Below, piece after piece: positions 13,238 through 27,512 of a DNA stretch of 64,000 nucleotides. Within the stretch, counting starts at the first letter, position 1. Each line of letters begins with the position of its first letter. The DNA comes from Octopus vulgaris. Its lineage: Eukaryota. Location: positions 97,464,001 to 97,528,000 of the forward strand of contig OX597820.1 of NCBI GenBank assembly GCA_951406725.2, read 5' to 3'. A program made the position numbers and the translations under genes. The notes below the pieces were generated by a model. It was not told the DNA's origin, did not search any database, and was given only the letters and a program-made list of their open reading frames with translations.

Positions 13238-13786
13238 GTCTATCTATCGCTTTCTTCTCTCAATTTGACTGTCTGTCTCTCTATGATATAGTGGGAGAGG
13301 GAATAATAAATGAATTAATAATTTTGTATAGTATTCCCCAGCGGTGGTGCCCCAGCATGGCCGCGGCCTTCGAGCTAAAACATTTTTAAGGATTTAAGGA
13401 ATATGGACACGATCCTTGGTTGCTTGAGTTATTAGCCTTTAATCTCGTGTATAAATTGTTTGTAAATAAATACGCTATCGTTAAGGTGTCGACAAATTGT
13501 TAGATTGTAGTTAAATTGTTGTGTATATCCTCCCACGACAACTGGTCAACTTTGTCCTAAAAAGAAAAGCATGTGGTACACAGGTTGTTGGTGGAACGAC
13601 TGTCATTCGGTACCTGTTGCCTTTGTTGTTGCTGTAGCCACCACCTGTAGCACGTGAATCAGCTGTGGTCCAGAAGAAAACTGCGTGACACGGATATTTG
13701 TCGACATCTGTAGATGCCAGAAGAAAACAAAACAAAACAAAAAAAAGCAAAACAACAAGAACAAAAACAAAACAAAAAAAAATGTT

Positions 13787-13964
13787 TACTCTTTACTCTT
13801 TTACTTGTTTCAGTCATTTGACTGTGGCCATGCTTGAGCACCGCTTTTAATCGAGCAAATCGACCCCAGGACTTATTCTATCGGTCTCTTTTGCCGAACG
13901 GGGACGTAAACACACCAGCATATACATATATGTGTATGTATGTATATGTATATACATATATATG

Positions 13965-14031
<67 letters not shown>

Positions 14032-14768
14032 TATGGTCAAGTCACTTTCGAGTGCTACTGGTAACATGTAACCCAGTACAACCTGTTGCATGGTCGGGTC
14101 GTTGGCGACTAAACCTGCAACTCCACCAAGCTTGCTTGGTGAGGAGGGTGTTTATTGGACACCCTGCGGGATGAAAAACAAAACCCGTCAAAGGGCCGAG
14201 GAACTATTGAGAGTCAACGGCCATCCAATAAATGTCTTAAGGCTGTATCATGTGCGGGGACATAGAGATAATCGGACTGAATACCCGATCGCGTGGTTAA
14301 ACCATTGGGAGTGAAGGACTCCCAGCCTTTGTTAGGGCATCCTTCTAGGAGAAGGTAACTCAGGTAACTGGGATAACTCCGACATAAAACCTGCGGCTCA
14401 GTGGTTACCGATGATGTTGACTTGTTCTTCTTTTCGGATTATGACTGCTGTTGCTTAGTAAGTGGGATTGACTCAGTGCACAGCCTTTCCTCACTTTAAA
14501 AAAAATCTTCTTGCACAGGCATTGCACGATGACATTGATTAAGCTTCGTGCAATGGCCATACTCGATAACGAAGGGGCAGCCACCATATATATATATATA
14601 CATACATACGACGGGCTTCTTTCAGTTTCCGTCCACCAAATCCACTCGGAAGGCTCTTGTCGGCCCCGAAGCTATAGTAGAAGACACCTGACGAAAGTGT
14701 CACGTAGTGGGACTGAACCCGAAGCCATGTGGTTGGTAAGCAAGCTACTTACCACACTGCCACTCCTA
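13787..14768 (-). mobile_element. SINE family 1 split by an insertion into its internal microsatellite
   Basis: 3' half at 13787-13920 and 5' half at 14607-14768. Confidence 0.7.
14030..14585 (+). mobile_element. Retroelement-derived insert resembling an RTE-clade 5' UTR
   Basis: GC-richer block containing gggcatccttctaggagaaggtaactc, similar to the RTE 5'-UTR motif as I recall it. Bounded by (TA)n. Confidence 0.4.
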
Positions 14769-15848
14769 CTCCAATTTTAGCTACAATCTAACAATTTGAA
14801 ATACCTTGTGTTATTTTGTGCGTGTGCGCGTTTGGGTCTGTGTTTGTTCTCCCACCACCGCTTGAAACCGGTGCTGTTGTGTTTACGTCCCCGTAACGTA
14901 GTGGTTCGGCCAAAGACATCGATAGATTAAGTAACAGGCTTATAAAGAAAAAAAAATTCTGGTGTCAATTTGTTCGACTAAAAATATTCTTCAAGGCGGT
15001 GCTGCAGTATGGCCGTAGCCTACCGAATGAAACAGGTAGAAGGTAAACGATGATAGTTTTATTAGAACAGTCGAACGAAATGGTGCTAAGCATTTTGTCC
15101 GACACATCGTTAGAGCGCCGAACGAAATGCCGCAAAGCATTTTGTCCGACCCGGTGAGGTCGACTTTGCCTTTCATCCTTTCGGGGGCGATTAAATAAGT
15201 ACCAGTTACGCACTGGAGTCGATATAGTCGACTTAATAACTATGTCTGTCCTTGTTTGTCCCCTCTGTGTTTAGCCCCTTGTGGGTAATAAATAAATAGG
15301 TACCAGCTACTTTACGTTCTGAGTTCAAATTCCGCCGAGTTCTACCTACCTTACTTTCCTTCTTTTCGGGGTCGCTGAAATACACGATATTTATTCTATC
15401 GGAGATTTTTTTTCTCCCCCCACCCCGAGCTACTAAGTTACGGCATTGTAAATAAAACTACACCGGTCTGCAAGCGATGAAGGTGGTGGTGGTGGTGGGC
15501 AGACATAAAGACACGCACACGTTCCCCACCCCGCTACATATACGACAGGCTGCTTTCAATTTCCGTCTAGCAAATATGCACCTACGAGGCTTTTGTCGGC
15601 TCGCTGCTACACACACACACACACGCACATGCATTAACCAAATAGTGAGCTTATTGGGGTTATCTTAATGATACCTTTAATCAATCCCAGGGTTAATCTC
15701 AGATCGTCGAAATTCCTCGACTCACTGTATAACAACAACATATGCAAGGTCTTCACTGTATGTGTATGTAAATATGCAGAAAAGCTACACAGATGTATTA
15801 TCCCCTCAGAAATATTGCCCGCCTTCTTGTAATGCATACGAACATGCG

Positions 15849-15891
<43 letters not shown>

Positions 15892-15949
15892 ATAAAGATA
15901 GATAGACACACACACACACACTCATAAAGATAGATAGACACACACACAC

Positions 15950-16002
<53 letters not shown>

Positions 16003-16616
16003 TAAATAAATATATACTTATACATGAATATATGTATAAATTTATATATATGTATATATGCATAGATACATGTATATATATATATATGTATATATATACG
16101 TATATATGCATATATGTATATATGCATATATGTATATATATATATATGTATATATATATGCATATATATGTGTATGTATGTATGTATATATATGTATATA
16201 TATATATGAATATATGTATATGTGTATATATATGGAAAAATATGAAAATATGTTTATATGTATATATGTATATGTTTATATATATATGTATATGAATATA
16301 TATATGTATGTATGTATATATATATATATATATATGTATGTATCTTTCCTGATACATGTATATATATATATATATATAGATACATGTATATATATATATG
16401 TATATATATATATACGTATATATGCATATATGTATATATGCATATATGTATATATATATATATGTATATATATATATGCATATATATGTGTATGTATGTA
16501 TGTATATATATGTATATATATATGAATATATGTATATGTGTATATATATGGAAAAATATGAAAATATGTTTATATGTATATGTTTATATATATATATGTA
16601 TATGAATATATATATG

Positions 16617-16659
<43 letters not shown>

Positions 16660-16757
16660 AATAATACTTTATTTGTTCCACGTCCTTGCGTTGTTGTGTT
16701 TTTTTGTTTTCTTGTTTGGATTAACCTTATATACATATATGCATATATATGTATATG

Positions 16758-16837
<80 letters not shown>

Positions 16838-16934
16838 GTATATATATATATCTGTATATATATATATCTGTATATATATATATCTGTATATATATATATC
16901 TGTATATATATATATATCTGTATATATATATATA

Positions 16935-16977
<43 letters not shown>

Positions 16978-16980
<3 letters not shown>

Positions 16981-17123
16981 TAATCCAAACAAGAAAACAA
17001 AAAGACAACGACGCGAGGATGTGGAACAAATAAAGTATTATTGGGCGCTCAGGAAAGAAGGGAAGAAGGAGGGTAAGACGTTTCGAGCGGAGCTCTTCGT
17101 CGGAAACATAGGAGAAAGAAAGA
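16978..17123 (-). mobile_element. Family-A hammerhead-bearing repeat; HHR at 17073-17107; inverted partial copy at 16658-16727
   Basis: Minus strand gttt-CCGACGA-a-gagc(tcc)gctc-GAA-acgt-C-ttac; the 3' side of stem I is mutated. Confidence 0.7.
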
Positions 17124-17285
17124 TATGTATATATAACTATGTACATATATATATATATGTGTATATATATATATATATATATACATATATGTATATATAT
17201 AACAAAGTGGGTTATAGATATATGAATATATATATCTATATATATGTATGTATATTTGTATATATATATACATATATGTGTATGC

Positions 17286-17317
<32 letters not shown>

Positions 17318-17544
17318 GTATGTATGTATGTATATGTGAGTGTGTATTTGTGTCTGTCCGCCCCCACCATCGCTGGCCAACTGATGTTGGTGTGTTGATG
17401 TCCCCGTAATTTAGTGATTCAGCAGAAGAGATCGATAGAATATGTACTAGGTTTACACGACAGAAATCGTGGGGTCGATTGTTCGTGTAGATGCAATGCT
17501 CCAGCATAGCCACAGTCACATAACTGAAACACATAAAAATTAAA

Positions 17545-17589
17545 AACTATGCCATTTTAATGTTGAGCAACACCGGGTATATCTGCTAG
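17545..17589 (+). mobile_element. Helitron 3'-end fragment
   Basis: ttgagcaacaccgggtatatctgCTAG|T resembles the 3' end of the element at 11549. Confidence 0.5.
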
Positions 17590-17594
17590 TACAT

Positions 17595-17625
<31 letters not shown>

Positions 17626-17630
17626 CTATA

Positions 17631-17678
<48 letters not shown>

Positions 17679-17970
17679 CATATATATATGTATGTATGTA
17701 TGTATATATATGTATGTATGTATATATATGTATGTATGTATGTATATATATGTATGTATGTATATATATGTATGTATGTATATATATATATGTATATGTA
17801 CATATATGTATGTATGTATATATATATATGTATATGTACATATATGTATATATGTATATATATATATGTATATGTACATATATGTATGTATGTATATATA
17901 TATATATGTATATGTACATATATGTATATATGTATATGTATATATGTATATGTACATGTATGTATATATG

Positions 17971-18012
<42 letters not shown>

Positions 18013-18031
18013 GTTTGTATATACGTATATA

Positions 18032-18062
<31 letters not shown>

Positions 18063-18081
18063 ACATACATGCCTATATATA

Positions 18082-18388
18082 ACTTAGAACTTAGAACTTA
18101 GAAATGTTTTTGCCAGTATTGGCCCAGGCCATGTCTAACTTAATAGCACCACCTGGCGAAGTCTTTCAATTCAGGATTTGGGCACCAAGGCCCATTCGAG
18201 CAGAGAGTTATTGTTTGCGGAGACATACCCGTGTATGGGTGGTTTGTCCGAGACTGTTTGAAAGAATTTGTCCAAAGACTTCTTGAATTTTGTGTGGTCA
18301 GTTTCTTTTTTGACGTGTCCTGGTGTAATGTTGAAGAGAGCGGGTCCAATTGAGGTGAAATAGTTGTGCCGTATTGTCGTTATGTGAT
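18082..18388 (-). mobile_element. 5'-truncated LINE (CR1/L2-group-like) 3' end with (TTCTAAG)n tail
   Basis: Encodes [13 protein letters not shown]...FKKSLDKFF...DKP..GY...NSLLEW, resembling an ORF2 C-terminus. Followed by a short 3' UTR and a tandem-repeat tail. Confidence 0.7.
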
Positions 18389-18494
18389 TTATATTTATAT
18401 ACATACATGCCTATATATATATGTATATATATATATATTTATATACATACATGCCTATATATATATTATATATATATTTATATACATACATGCC

Positions 18495-18527
<33 letters not shown>

Positions 18528-18544
18528 TTATATACATACATGCC

Positions 18545-18613
<69 letters not shown>

Positions 18614-18621
18614 GTATATAT

Positions 18622-18655
<34 letters not shown>

Positions 18656-19534
18656 ATACATACATGCCTATATATATTTATATATATATATATATATATA
18701 TACACATACATGCCTATATATATGTATATATATATATGTATATATCTATATATATATATATACATACATGCCTATATATATTTATATATATATATATATT
18801 GTTTCTGTGTGCTCCTCATAATCATATCAAATCGCCTAATTATTCTAGCATTGCTAATAAACCCGTCTCATCTGTCCGTGAGATCATTTTCTCTTCTCAC
18901 TTACTCCATTTGTTCCTTCAGTCTTCATCCCGTAGTTTGTATAACAGTCCCTCATTAACTGTTGACAAATGCGTTGATTCGATATTGTGCTATGTACGAT
19001 ATAAAAAGGCTCTACAGTAAGTACACTATGGAACCGAAAGCTATAAAAAAAAAGTCTAAGTGTATGTGTATGTGTGAGGGAGATGAAGCGATGAGAAGCA
19101 TATTCGCCTGCTTGTTTTTTTGGGGGATGGATGGATGGGTGGTAGTGGTGGGGTTGTATTCGGTATTTAACCACCCGGGGTGAGGGTGGTAGTGGGGCAC
19201 TTTGCATCGTTGTTTTTTCGTTCTGCTCTGCTGTATGTCTTCCATTTTTCGTCTTCTTTTTTTTTCCACAACTCCTAGAGCAGGGTCAACCGTTCGTTCT
19301 TTGCGACAGTCGTCTCGTTCGTTACATTGACGTCGAACGAAGAAGACGCTTTTTTTTTTTTTCTCTTTCAGTATTTCAAGTGACGTTTGAAACAGGGTAG
19401 CTGTTGAACAGGCATTGCCTGTGTATGTTTTCAGTGTTGCAACAAAGCGAACTGCTGTAAGAAACGGCGATAGCACAATAAAAATAGATGGGTATTTTTC
19501 TTAACGCATATACATATACATATACATACATATA

Positions 19535-19568
<34 letters not shown>

Positions 19569-20058
19569 CATATACATATACATATACATACATATATATA
19601 TATACATATACATACATATATATATGTGTGTATATATATATATAATATAATATATTAATAAATAAAACATATGCATATATATACATATATGTACGTACCT
19701 ACCTCTACATGTATATATACACGCATATATGAGTACTGGACACCAAAAAAACGTCGAACACAATGAGAAAGGAAAACAGAAACAAATACAAGGAACTGGA
19801 CATTTTTCTTAAACAACAAAAAAATAGAGTACATGACAAATAACACAAGGAAAAAACCCCTTCTTCAGTCGCCATGGTTTCATCTACTCTACGTTTGGAA
19901 GGTGAACAATCTTACTTAGAAATGGATAAAACATATGCATATATACATACATATATGTACGTACCTACCTCTACATGTATATATACATGCATATATGGGT
20001 ACGAGGTACGTACATATATGTATGTATATATGCATATGTTTTATTTTATTTATTAATT

Positions 20059-20104
<46 letters not shown>

Positions 20105-20170
20105 ATAAAGATGGTAAGACAACAAAAGAATGAAAGATACCTCGATATTATGTAAATAGAGGAATTTATG

Positions 20171-20361
20171 TGTAAATGTAATATGTGATAATTATTCGGT
20201 AGCCATGATAAAACTCCGAGTTTCGGATGTAGGTGTGGAAAACCACGCCGCTATCTCTTCAGTTATCCGGCCATCTTGAATAACTGAAGAGATGGCGGCA
20301 TATCCGAAACTCGGAGTTTTATCATGGCTACCGAATAATAATTGTCACATATTACATTTAC

Positions 20362-20362
<1 letters not shown>
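20171..20362. mobile_element. Inverted pair of hammerhead-bearing repeats (Penelope inverted pseudo-LTR-like); HHRs at 20208-20266 (-) and 20280-20322 (+)
   Basis: Both arms read ataa-CTGAAGA-gat...atcc-GAA-actc(g)gagt-T-ttat. Confidence 0.75.
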
Positions 20363-20416
<54 letters not shown>

Positions 20417-20501
20417 GTGTATATGTATATATATGTGTGTGTGTATATGTATATATGTATATGTATATGTATATATGTATGTATATATATATGTATATAT
20501 G

Positions 20502-20574
<73 letters not shown>

Positions 20575-20648
20575 ATATATATATGTCTATATGTATGTAT
20601 GTATGTATATATATATATGTATATATGTATGTATATATATATATATTA

Positions 20649-20700
<52 letters not shown>

Positions 20701-20710
20701 ATATATTATA

Positions 20711-20831
<121 letters not shown>

Positions 20832-20863
20832 ATATATACACACACACAATAGAATGTTAGGGG

Positions 20864-21112
20864 ACACCTACATTACTAGAAATAAGAGCTAAACCGCTCT
20901 GATGTTGTAGCTAACGCACATGAATAAAAACGTGCACTAATAGGGCCCATAGTCTCCCGAAAAGTCCCGCTCAATACAAGAGAGCCGAACAATCGAGCAT
21001 TAAGAATTCTAGGTCGGCACTTTTCGGATAGGATTATGGTCCCTGTTAGTGTATATGTGCATTAACTACAGTATTAGAGTGGTTTAGCTCTGATTTCTAG
21101 CAGTGTAGGTGT
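20864..21112. repeat. Old imperfect fold-back / MITE-like inverted repeat
   Basis: acacctacattactagaaataagagctaaacc... pairs with ...ggtttagctctgatttctagcagtgtaggtgt. The inner segment ccgaaaagt pairs with acttttcgg. Confidence 0.7.
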
Positions 21113-21354
21113 TTGCCATCATCTTACTCACACATTGAGTGACATTTGTAAGTCTCCTTTTTGCTGAAACATTGCAAATTGCTGTTTACATTAATTTTAT
21201 GCATACACACACACACACACACATATATATATATTGGCCTGCTCGCTTAGCCAGCGGGGTGGCGTCATTTGAAGGCTAAAACAATGCGAAGCGCATTGTG
21301 ACCAGCGATGTGTAGCAACATCTGATAGCCTGGTCGGTGACGGTGACGGTGATG

Positions 21355-21396
<42 letters not shown>

Positions 21397-21683
21397 AAGA
21401 ATTTCTTTATTCACCATAAGGTTGAGAAAAAGAGGGGACAATACGGGGACAGACAAAACAAACTTTGGGGTCAAGGTATCGAATGAGACGAAACGTATGA
21501 ATAAACAAACAATTAAAATATATACAATTAAATGACAATGAGTGATTAACAAAAAATGAAGCGGAGGACGCGGTTGACCCCACAAACCCCATACTCACAC
21601 TGATGACTTTGCTTTCTCCTTTTTTTTATATTCTCGATTAAACAGGTTCTTTCACTCGCAACATACTTGCTATATACATACAT

Positions 21684-21757
<74 letters not shown>

Positions 21758-22118
21758 CATCTTTTACGAAACACTTTGCGTCAGACATTTTTTCTCCAGC
21801 CTTATTTCCCGTTTCATGTGGAAAACGAAAAAAGTAGATTAGCTCGAGACTGGAGATAAACATACCTGTGTGTATGTGTGTGTGTGTGTGTGTGTGTGTT
21901 TGAGAGAGACAGAGAGAGAGATACATGTGCATATAAATTTTAATGCAAGAAGGATGGATTGAACCAGCTTTATTACAAAACACTAAAATTACTTTAACGC
22001 ATCATTATCGGCTGCTATTTGCTGAATGTTAGATATCATAAATCATACGCGATATTGCATTGATATGATTCAACAATAGCTGTATAAATTAGCATCCTAG
22101 GATCGCCAGAGTCAAAAC

Positions 22119-22155
<37 letters not shown>

Positions 22156-22274
22156 ATATATGCATTTATGTGTATTTATGTATGGATGTATATATGTATC
22201 TATGTATACCTGTGTGAATGTTTATGTATAAACACACACACACATATATATGTGTAAACTCATGTATCTCTCTC

Positions 22275-22349
<75 letters not shown>

Positions 22350-22440
22350 ATACAATACAAATGTGTGTGTGTGTATATAAATACTATATATACAGGTATA
22401 TATATATATAGATATGCCCGCCATATATATATATATAATA

Positions 22441-22480
<40 letters not shown>

Positions 22481-22833
22481 TATATATATATGTATATATA
22501 CTATATATATATGTATATATACTATATATATGTATATATATACTAGATATATGTATATAGATATATTACATCCATACCTATGTATGTGTATACATGTATA
22601 TATTCTATGTATATAGATATACTACACATATGTGTGTGCGTATAGATATGCTACATACATATAAACATGTATATATTTATATACATGTATATATATATAT
22701 AGGTATACTACATGCATATATTTATATACAAGTATATATTTGTATGTATATAAATATACTGCATACATGAATATATTTATAGACAACTATATATATATAT
22801 ATACATCCATAAACATATATATACATGTATGTG

Positions 22834-22864
<31 letters not shown>

Positions 22865-23666
22865 GACATGTAGATATGTATGTATGCACGTACTGCCTAC
22901 GTATACACACACCTGCCTTTCTTCAAACGTTTCAATATTTCATTTTCATATTATTTGTATGGAAATAATTCTAATCCCATGTTGTGTCGTTTATGCATTT
23001 GGTCCTCTTATAATCTTTTAAAGATTATTCTATTATGCTCTCCAGGGACTAAATACTAATAAATCTTTCCAACCGTGGTCATCCTGCTTCCCGTTTCCTG
23101 CAGTCGATATACTATTAAATCATGCATAGAAGGTACTTTGATGTGTTTTGTTGATTGCCAAACCCGCTGCTATTTCTACAAGGTAGGATGAAGTCGAGGA
23201 TTCCTCGTTAGTTCTTGGAATTATGCTATTTAACCCTCCAAGTCAACCCTGATCTCTGATCAACCAAAACTTTGATCAAATATGTATCATCTGGTCAATT
23301 TGTGTACACACACACGCGCGCGCGCACACGCACGCACACACACACAAACATACACATCTGCACATATTGATGCATACATATAGATAGATAGATAAATAAA
23401 TAGATAGATAGATAGATAGATACATACATACATACATACATACATACATACATACATACATGCAAAAATACCCTGCTGACGTTGCTGAAATTCCAATGAA
23501 CGGATCAAGATTAGAAACCGGCTCTTTCTCTATTGGCTAGAAATCTTGAAATAAAACTGGATAATGACATACACACATGAATGCATGCAGACTAGATAAC
23601 ATCATTGCATGCATACTTACACACTGATACACATACGCATGTTTTAAACTAATATACTATAATCCG

Positions 23667-23809
23667 GGATGCAGCACGGACTTTGTCAGTGAACAGGTCG
23701 CGGTCTTAAAGCGACGAAAATATTTTGACAAATTAAACTTAAATGTTGAAGTGAATCGAACAGCTTTTGTGTGTTTCTTAAATGGCTTACAAACACCTTC
23801 CACGCTGCA
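23667..23809 (+). mobile_element. 143-bp retroposed insertion with a 13-bp TSD, carrying a G3:C8 hammerhead (23682-23732)
   Basis: TSD atactataatccg at 23654-23666 and 23810-23822. Motif reads tttgtca-GTGAACA-g-gtcgc(ggtcttaaa)gcgac-GAA-aatatt-T-tgacaaa. Confidence 0.75.
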
Positions 23810-24446
23810 ATACTATAATCCGCTATTTCTCAAAAGGGAAAGAGCCAGTGAAAATTAAGAAGGGATCCAACAAATTGTTGTGGTATATAAAAGAATTAAA
23901 CATTTTATATAAAAAAATTCAACTTTTTAACATTGTCCAACACCAGGGCGAAGGAAGAAGAATTAATTATATGGAGTCAAACTCTATGACAGGGGTGTTA
24001 AACATACACGGCTCGCAGAAATGCTTACTCTGGCTCCCTGCTAAATTATATACGCAAAATTAATAATTTTTAATACTGGGAACAGTGGGTAGGTTAGGAG
24101 ATCATAGAGTTTCTCTAGGTTGAACCACTACCCTCCCTCCAAACCGGGAGATCACAGCTCCAACTCTATGGACATGTGATGTGAACGTTACTGCAAAGTT
24201 TCACAAGAAGGATCATTCAAGACTAAGCAATGTGTTGGAGACATAGAGATAGATCAAGAACGAGGTGATTGGATAATGTCCATTGTCTTGGTTGGTCAGC
24301 TTTGGAATTAATCCATGAAATCTATTGATTGCTGTTGCTTCTGATAGGATGCCGCGGAGGAGATTCCCGAGGGCTCTACCCACCATGATCTCCTCAGTAA
24401 TACCGTCTAGAGAAGCTGGATGGATGGATGAATTTTAAAATATTTT

Positions 24447-24880
24447 GTGGCTGTGTGGTAAGTAGCTTGCTTACCAAACACATGGTTCCGGGTTCAGTCC
24501 CACTGCGTGGCACCTTGGGCAAGTGTATTCTACTATAGCCTCGGGATGACCAAAGCCTTGTGAGTGGATTTGGTAGACGAAAACTGAAAGAAGCCCGTTG
24601 TATATATGTGTATGTATGTATGTATGTATGTATGTATGTATGTATGTATGTATGTATGTATGTATGTATGTATGTCTGTGTATGTCTGTGTTTGTCCCCC
24701 CAACATCTTTTAACAACCGATGCTGGTGTGTTTACGTCCCCGTAACTTAGCAGTTCGGCAAAAGAGAACGATAGAATAAGTAGTAGGCTTACAAAGAATA
24801 AGTCCTGAGGTCGATTTGCTCGACTAAAAGACGGTGCTCCAGCATGGCCACAGTCAAATGACTGAAACAAGTAAGAGAGT
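24447..24880 (+). mobile_element. SINE family 1, near full length
   Basis: tRNA-like A/B boxes, internal (TATG)n and gactgaaacaagtaa tail. Confidence 0.9.
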
Positions 24881-25329
24881 AAATGGGAGAGAAGAGCACG
24901 TATTGCTAGTATGCGGATCTCTTAATCCATTTACGTTGGCTTAAATTATGATTTGGATTTTATGAATAATTAATTGTTCCTTATCTGACCCGTGTGATCT
25001 GGTTTGTATTTCAATCCTGCTCGTAAAGCCAAATTAAATTTTATGCAGCAGCTCTATTGCTAAGGATGGAATATGCCAACGTCATTCATTAAAATATTTT
25101 TTGTGGCGTGGTGGAGACACTGATGTTTGGTTTGTGAAGTTTAGAATTGCTGCGCTACTTCACAGTATAAACTAATTTAATTATAACTAAAAACTGCATT
25201 TTTGACAGTAAAATTAGAAAGTATTTGCCATGACGTTAATTAATAGCAGTCCATTAAATCGGGGTCCGTTTATGTGTGAAGACACACACACATACATTTA
25301 TATATATCATAAGTGTGTTTACTTATATA

Positions 25330-25413
<84 letters not shown>

Positions 25414-25693
25414 GTTGAACTGTCTAAAGTCGAAAGACGCCTGTTGTTTTTGTCCTGTTATTATTATTATTGTTTTTTGTATTTATATTCGTGTGGTATC
25501 GTCCGTTTTTCTGTCCTTGTTTTGATCCTTTTTCCAAGAAATCTAATGCTCGTAGCTTAGTTTTTCCTTGGGGCTGGCCGGATCGGAGCGATCACAAGAT
25601 TAATCGGCCGAAATTGAGTCCTTTTGAACGTTTTGCGTTCTTGTCCCATTTTGTATTTTTATATATATTTTTTATATATACATATATATACAT

Positions 25694-25816
<123 letters not shown>

Positions 25817-25838
25817 CACACACATATATATATATATA

Positions 25839-25986
25839 CAATTGCAGCGTGGAAGGTGTTTGTAAGCCATTTAAGAAACACACAAAAGCCGTTCGATTCA
25901 CTTCAACAAACTTAAATGTTCAAGTGAATCGAACGGCTTTTGTGTGTTTCTTAAATGGCTTACAAACACCTTCCACGCTGCAATTG
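25839..25986. repeat. Perfect 65-bp inverted repeat of the same family as 23667-23809
   Basis: Arms 25839-25903 and 25922-25986 are exact reverse complements. Another fragment lies at about 11479-11511. Confidence 0.9.
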
Positions 25987-26037
25987 CTTTCGTTCCAGCA
26001 CACGATCTCAGATCAAATCACTTGCTATGCGAGTACA

Positions 26038-26116
<79 letters not shown>

Positions 26117-26404
26117 TACAATTTTGTCTGGTTCGATTTCCACTCAATTATTTATTTTTTCTAAAATTTTCGTTGCGTCTTGCAACCTTTTCAATAGTCA
26201 TTGACACTGTCCGTTATCTGAGTTGCCTTCTTTTTGTTTGTTTGTTTGATTGTGCGCATGTGTGTGCGTCAGTGTGCATGTGTATGCATATATGTATGTA
26301 TATATGCATAAGTATATATGTGTATATGTGCGTATATATGTGTATATATATATATATGTATACATATGTATATATGTGTGTACATATGTATATATATATG
26401 TGTA

Positions 26405-26471
<67 letters not shown>

Positions 26472-27480
26472 GTGTGTGTGTGCTTTGTCCTCACCACTTG
26501 ACAGCCAGAGTTGGTTTGTTTACGTCTCCGTAACTTAACAACTCGGCAAATGAAAACTAATATAATAAGTACTACACTTAAAAACAAAAAAAAGTCCCGA
26601 GGTCGATTTGTTCGGCTAAAACCCTTGAAGGCAGTGAGTACTCCAGCATGACCGCAACCCAATGAGTGAATCATGTAAAAAAAAAAAAAAGGTAAATATG
26701 GCCGCAGCCTTCGGGCTGAAACATTTTAAAGGATTTTAAGGATTTATTCTTTTACTCTTTTACTTGTTTCAGTCATTTGACTGCGGCCATGCTGGAGCAC
26801 CGCCTTTAGTCGAGCAACTCGACCCCGGGACTTATTCTTTTTGTAAGCCCAGTACTTATTCTATCGTTCTCTTTTTGCCGAACCGCTAAGTGACGGGGAC
26901 GTAAACACACCAGCATGTGTAGAATTTTAAAGTCGATGCGTCAGACTAAAGGTAAAGATCAGGAAGATGTGACGTTCATCTCATGCCTCAAGGCATTAAA
27001 GGGACGTGAAAAAATAATATGAAATGAAGGGAAATGAAATGAACTGTAATAAAACAATGGTATTAAGGTTAGTCTCTCCGTCGCCACTAAAAGGACCACC
27101 AGGTGGTGGAACAAACCTTAAGTTTCTCGCCTTCTCGGGTCAAAAACAAAGCGTGATGAGAAAAGGATAGAGAAAGAAGTAGTATTTAGAAATTCATTTA
27201 TGGTCGGTAGAAGATTTAGATTTTTTTTTTCTCTTTTCTGTGTATTTTAACATTTTTTTTGTTTTTGTTTTTATAAATATACATTGACCCGGAAGTAAAA
27301 TCTTCGATACAGACAGACGTGACCTGCTAATTGACCGAGAAAGGTAAAAAAAGAAAGGAGGAAAACAAACACATAAATAATAAACAGATAGAGAGGGAGG
27401 TGTGAATGTGAGCGTGTGTGTGGGTTTGTGTGAGAGAGAGTGAGAGAAAGGGGGAAAGGGAGAGTCAGATAGAGAGAGGG

Positions 27481-27512
<32 letters not shown>

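Noticed and set aside
14090-14400. HDV-like ribozyme in the RTE-like 5' UTR
   Set aside because: Known in some RTE elements, but I could not fit the nested double pseudoknot by eye.
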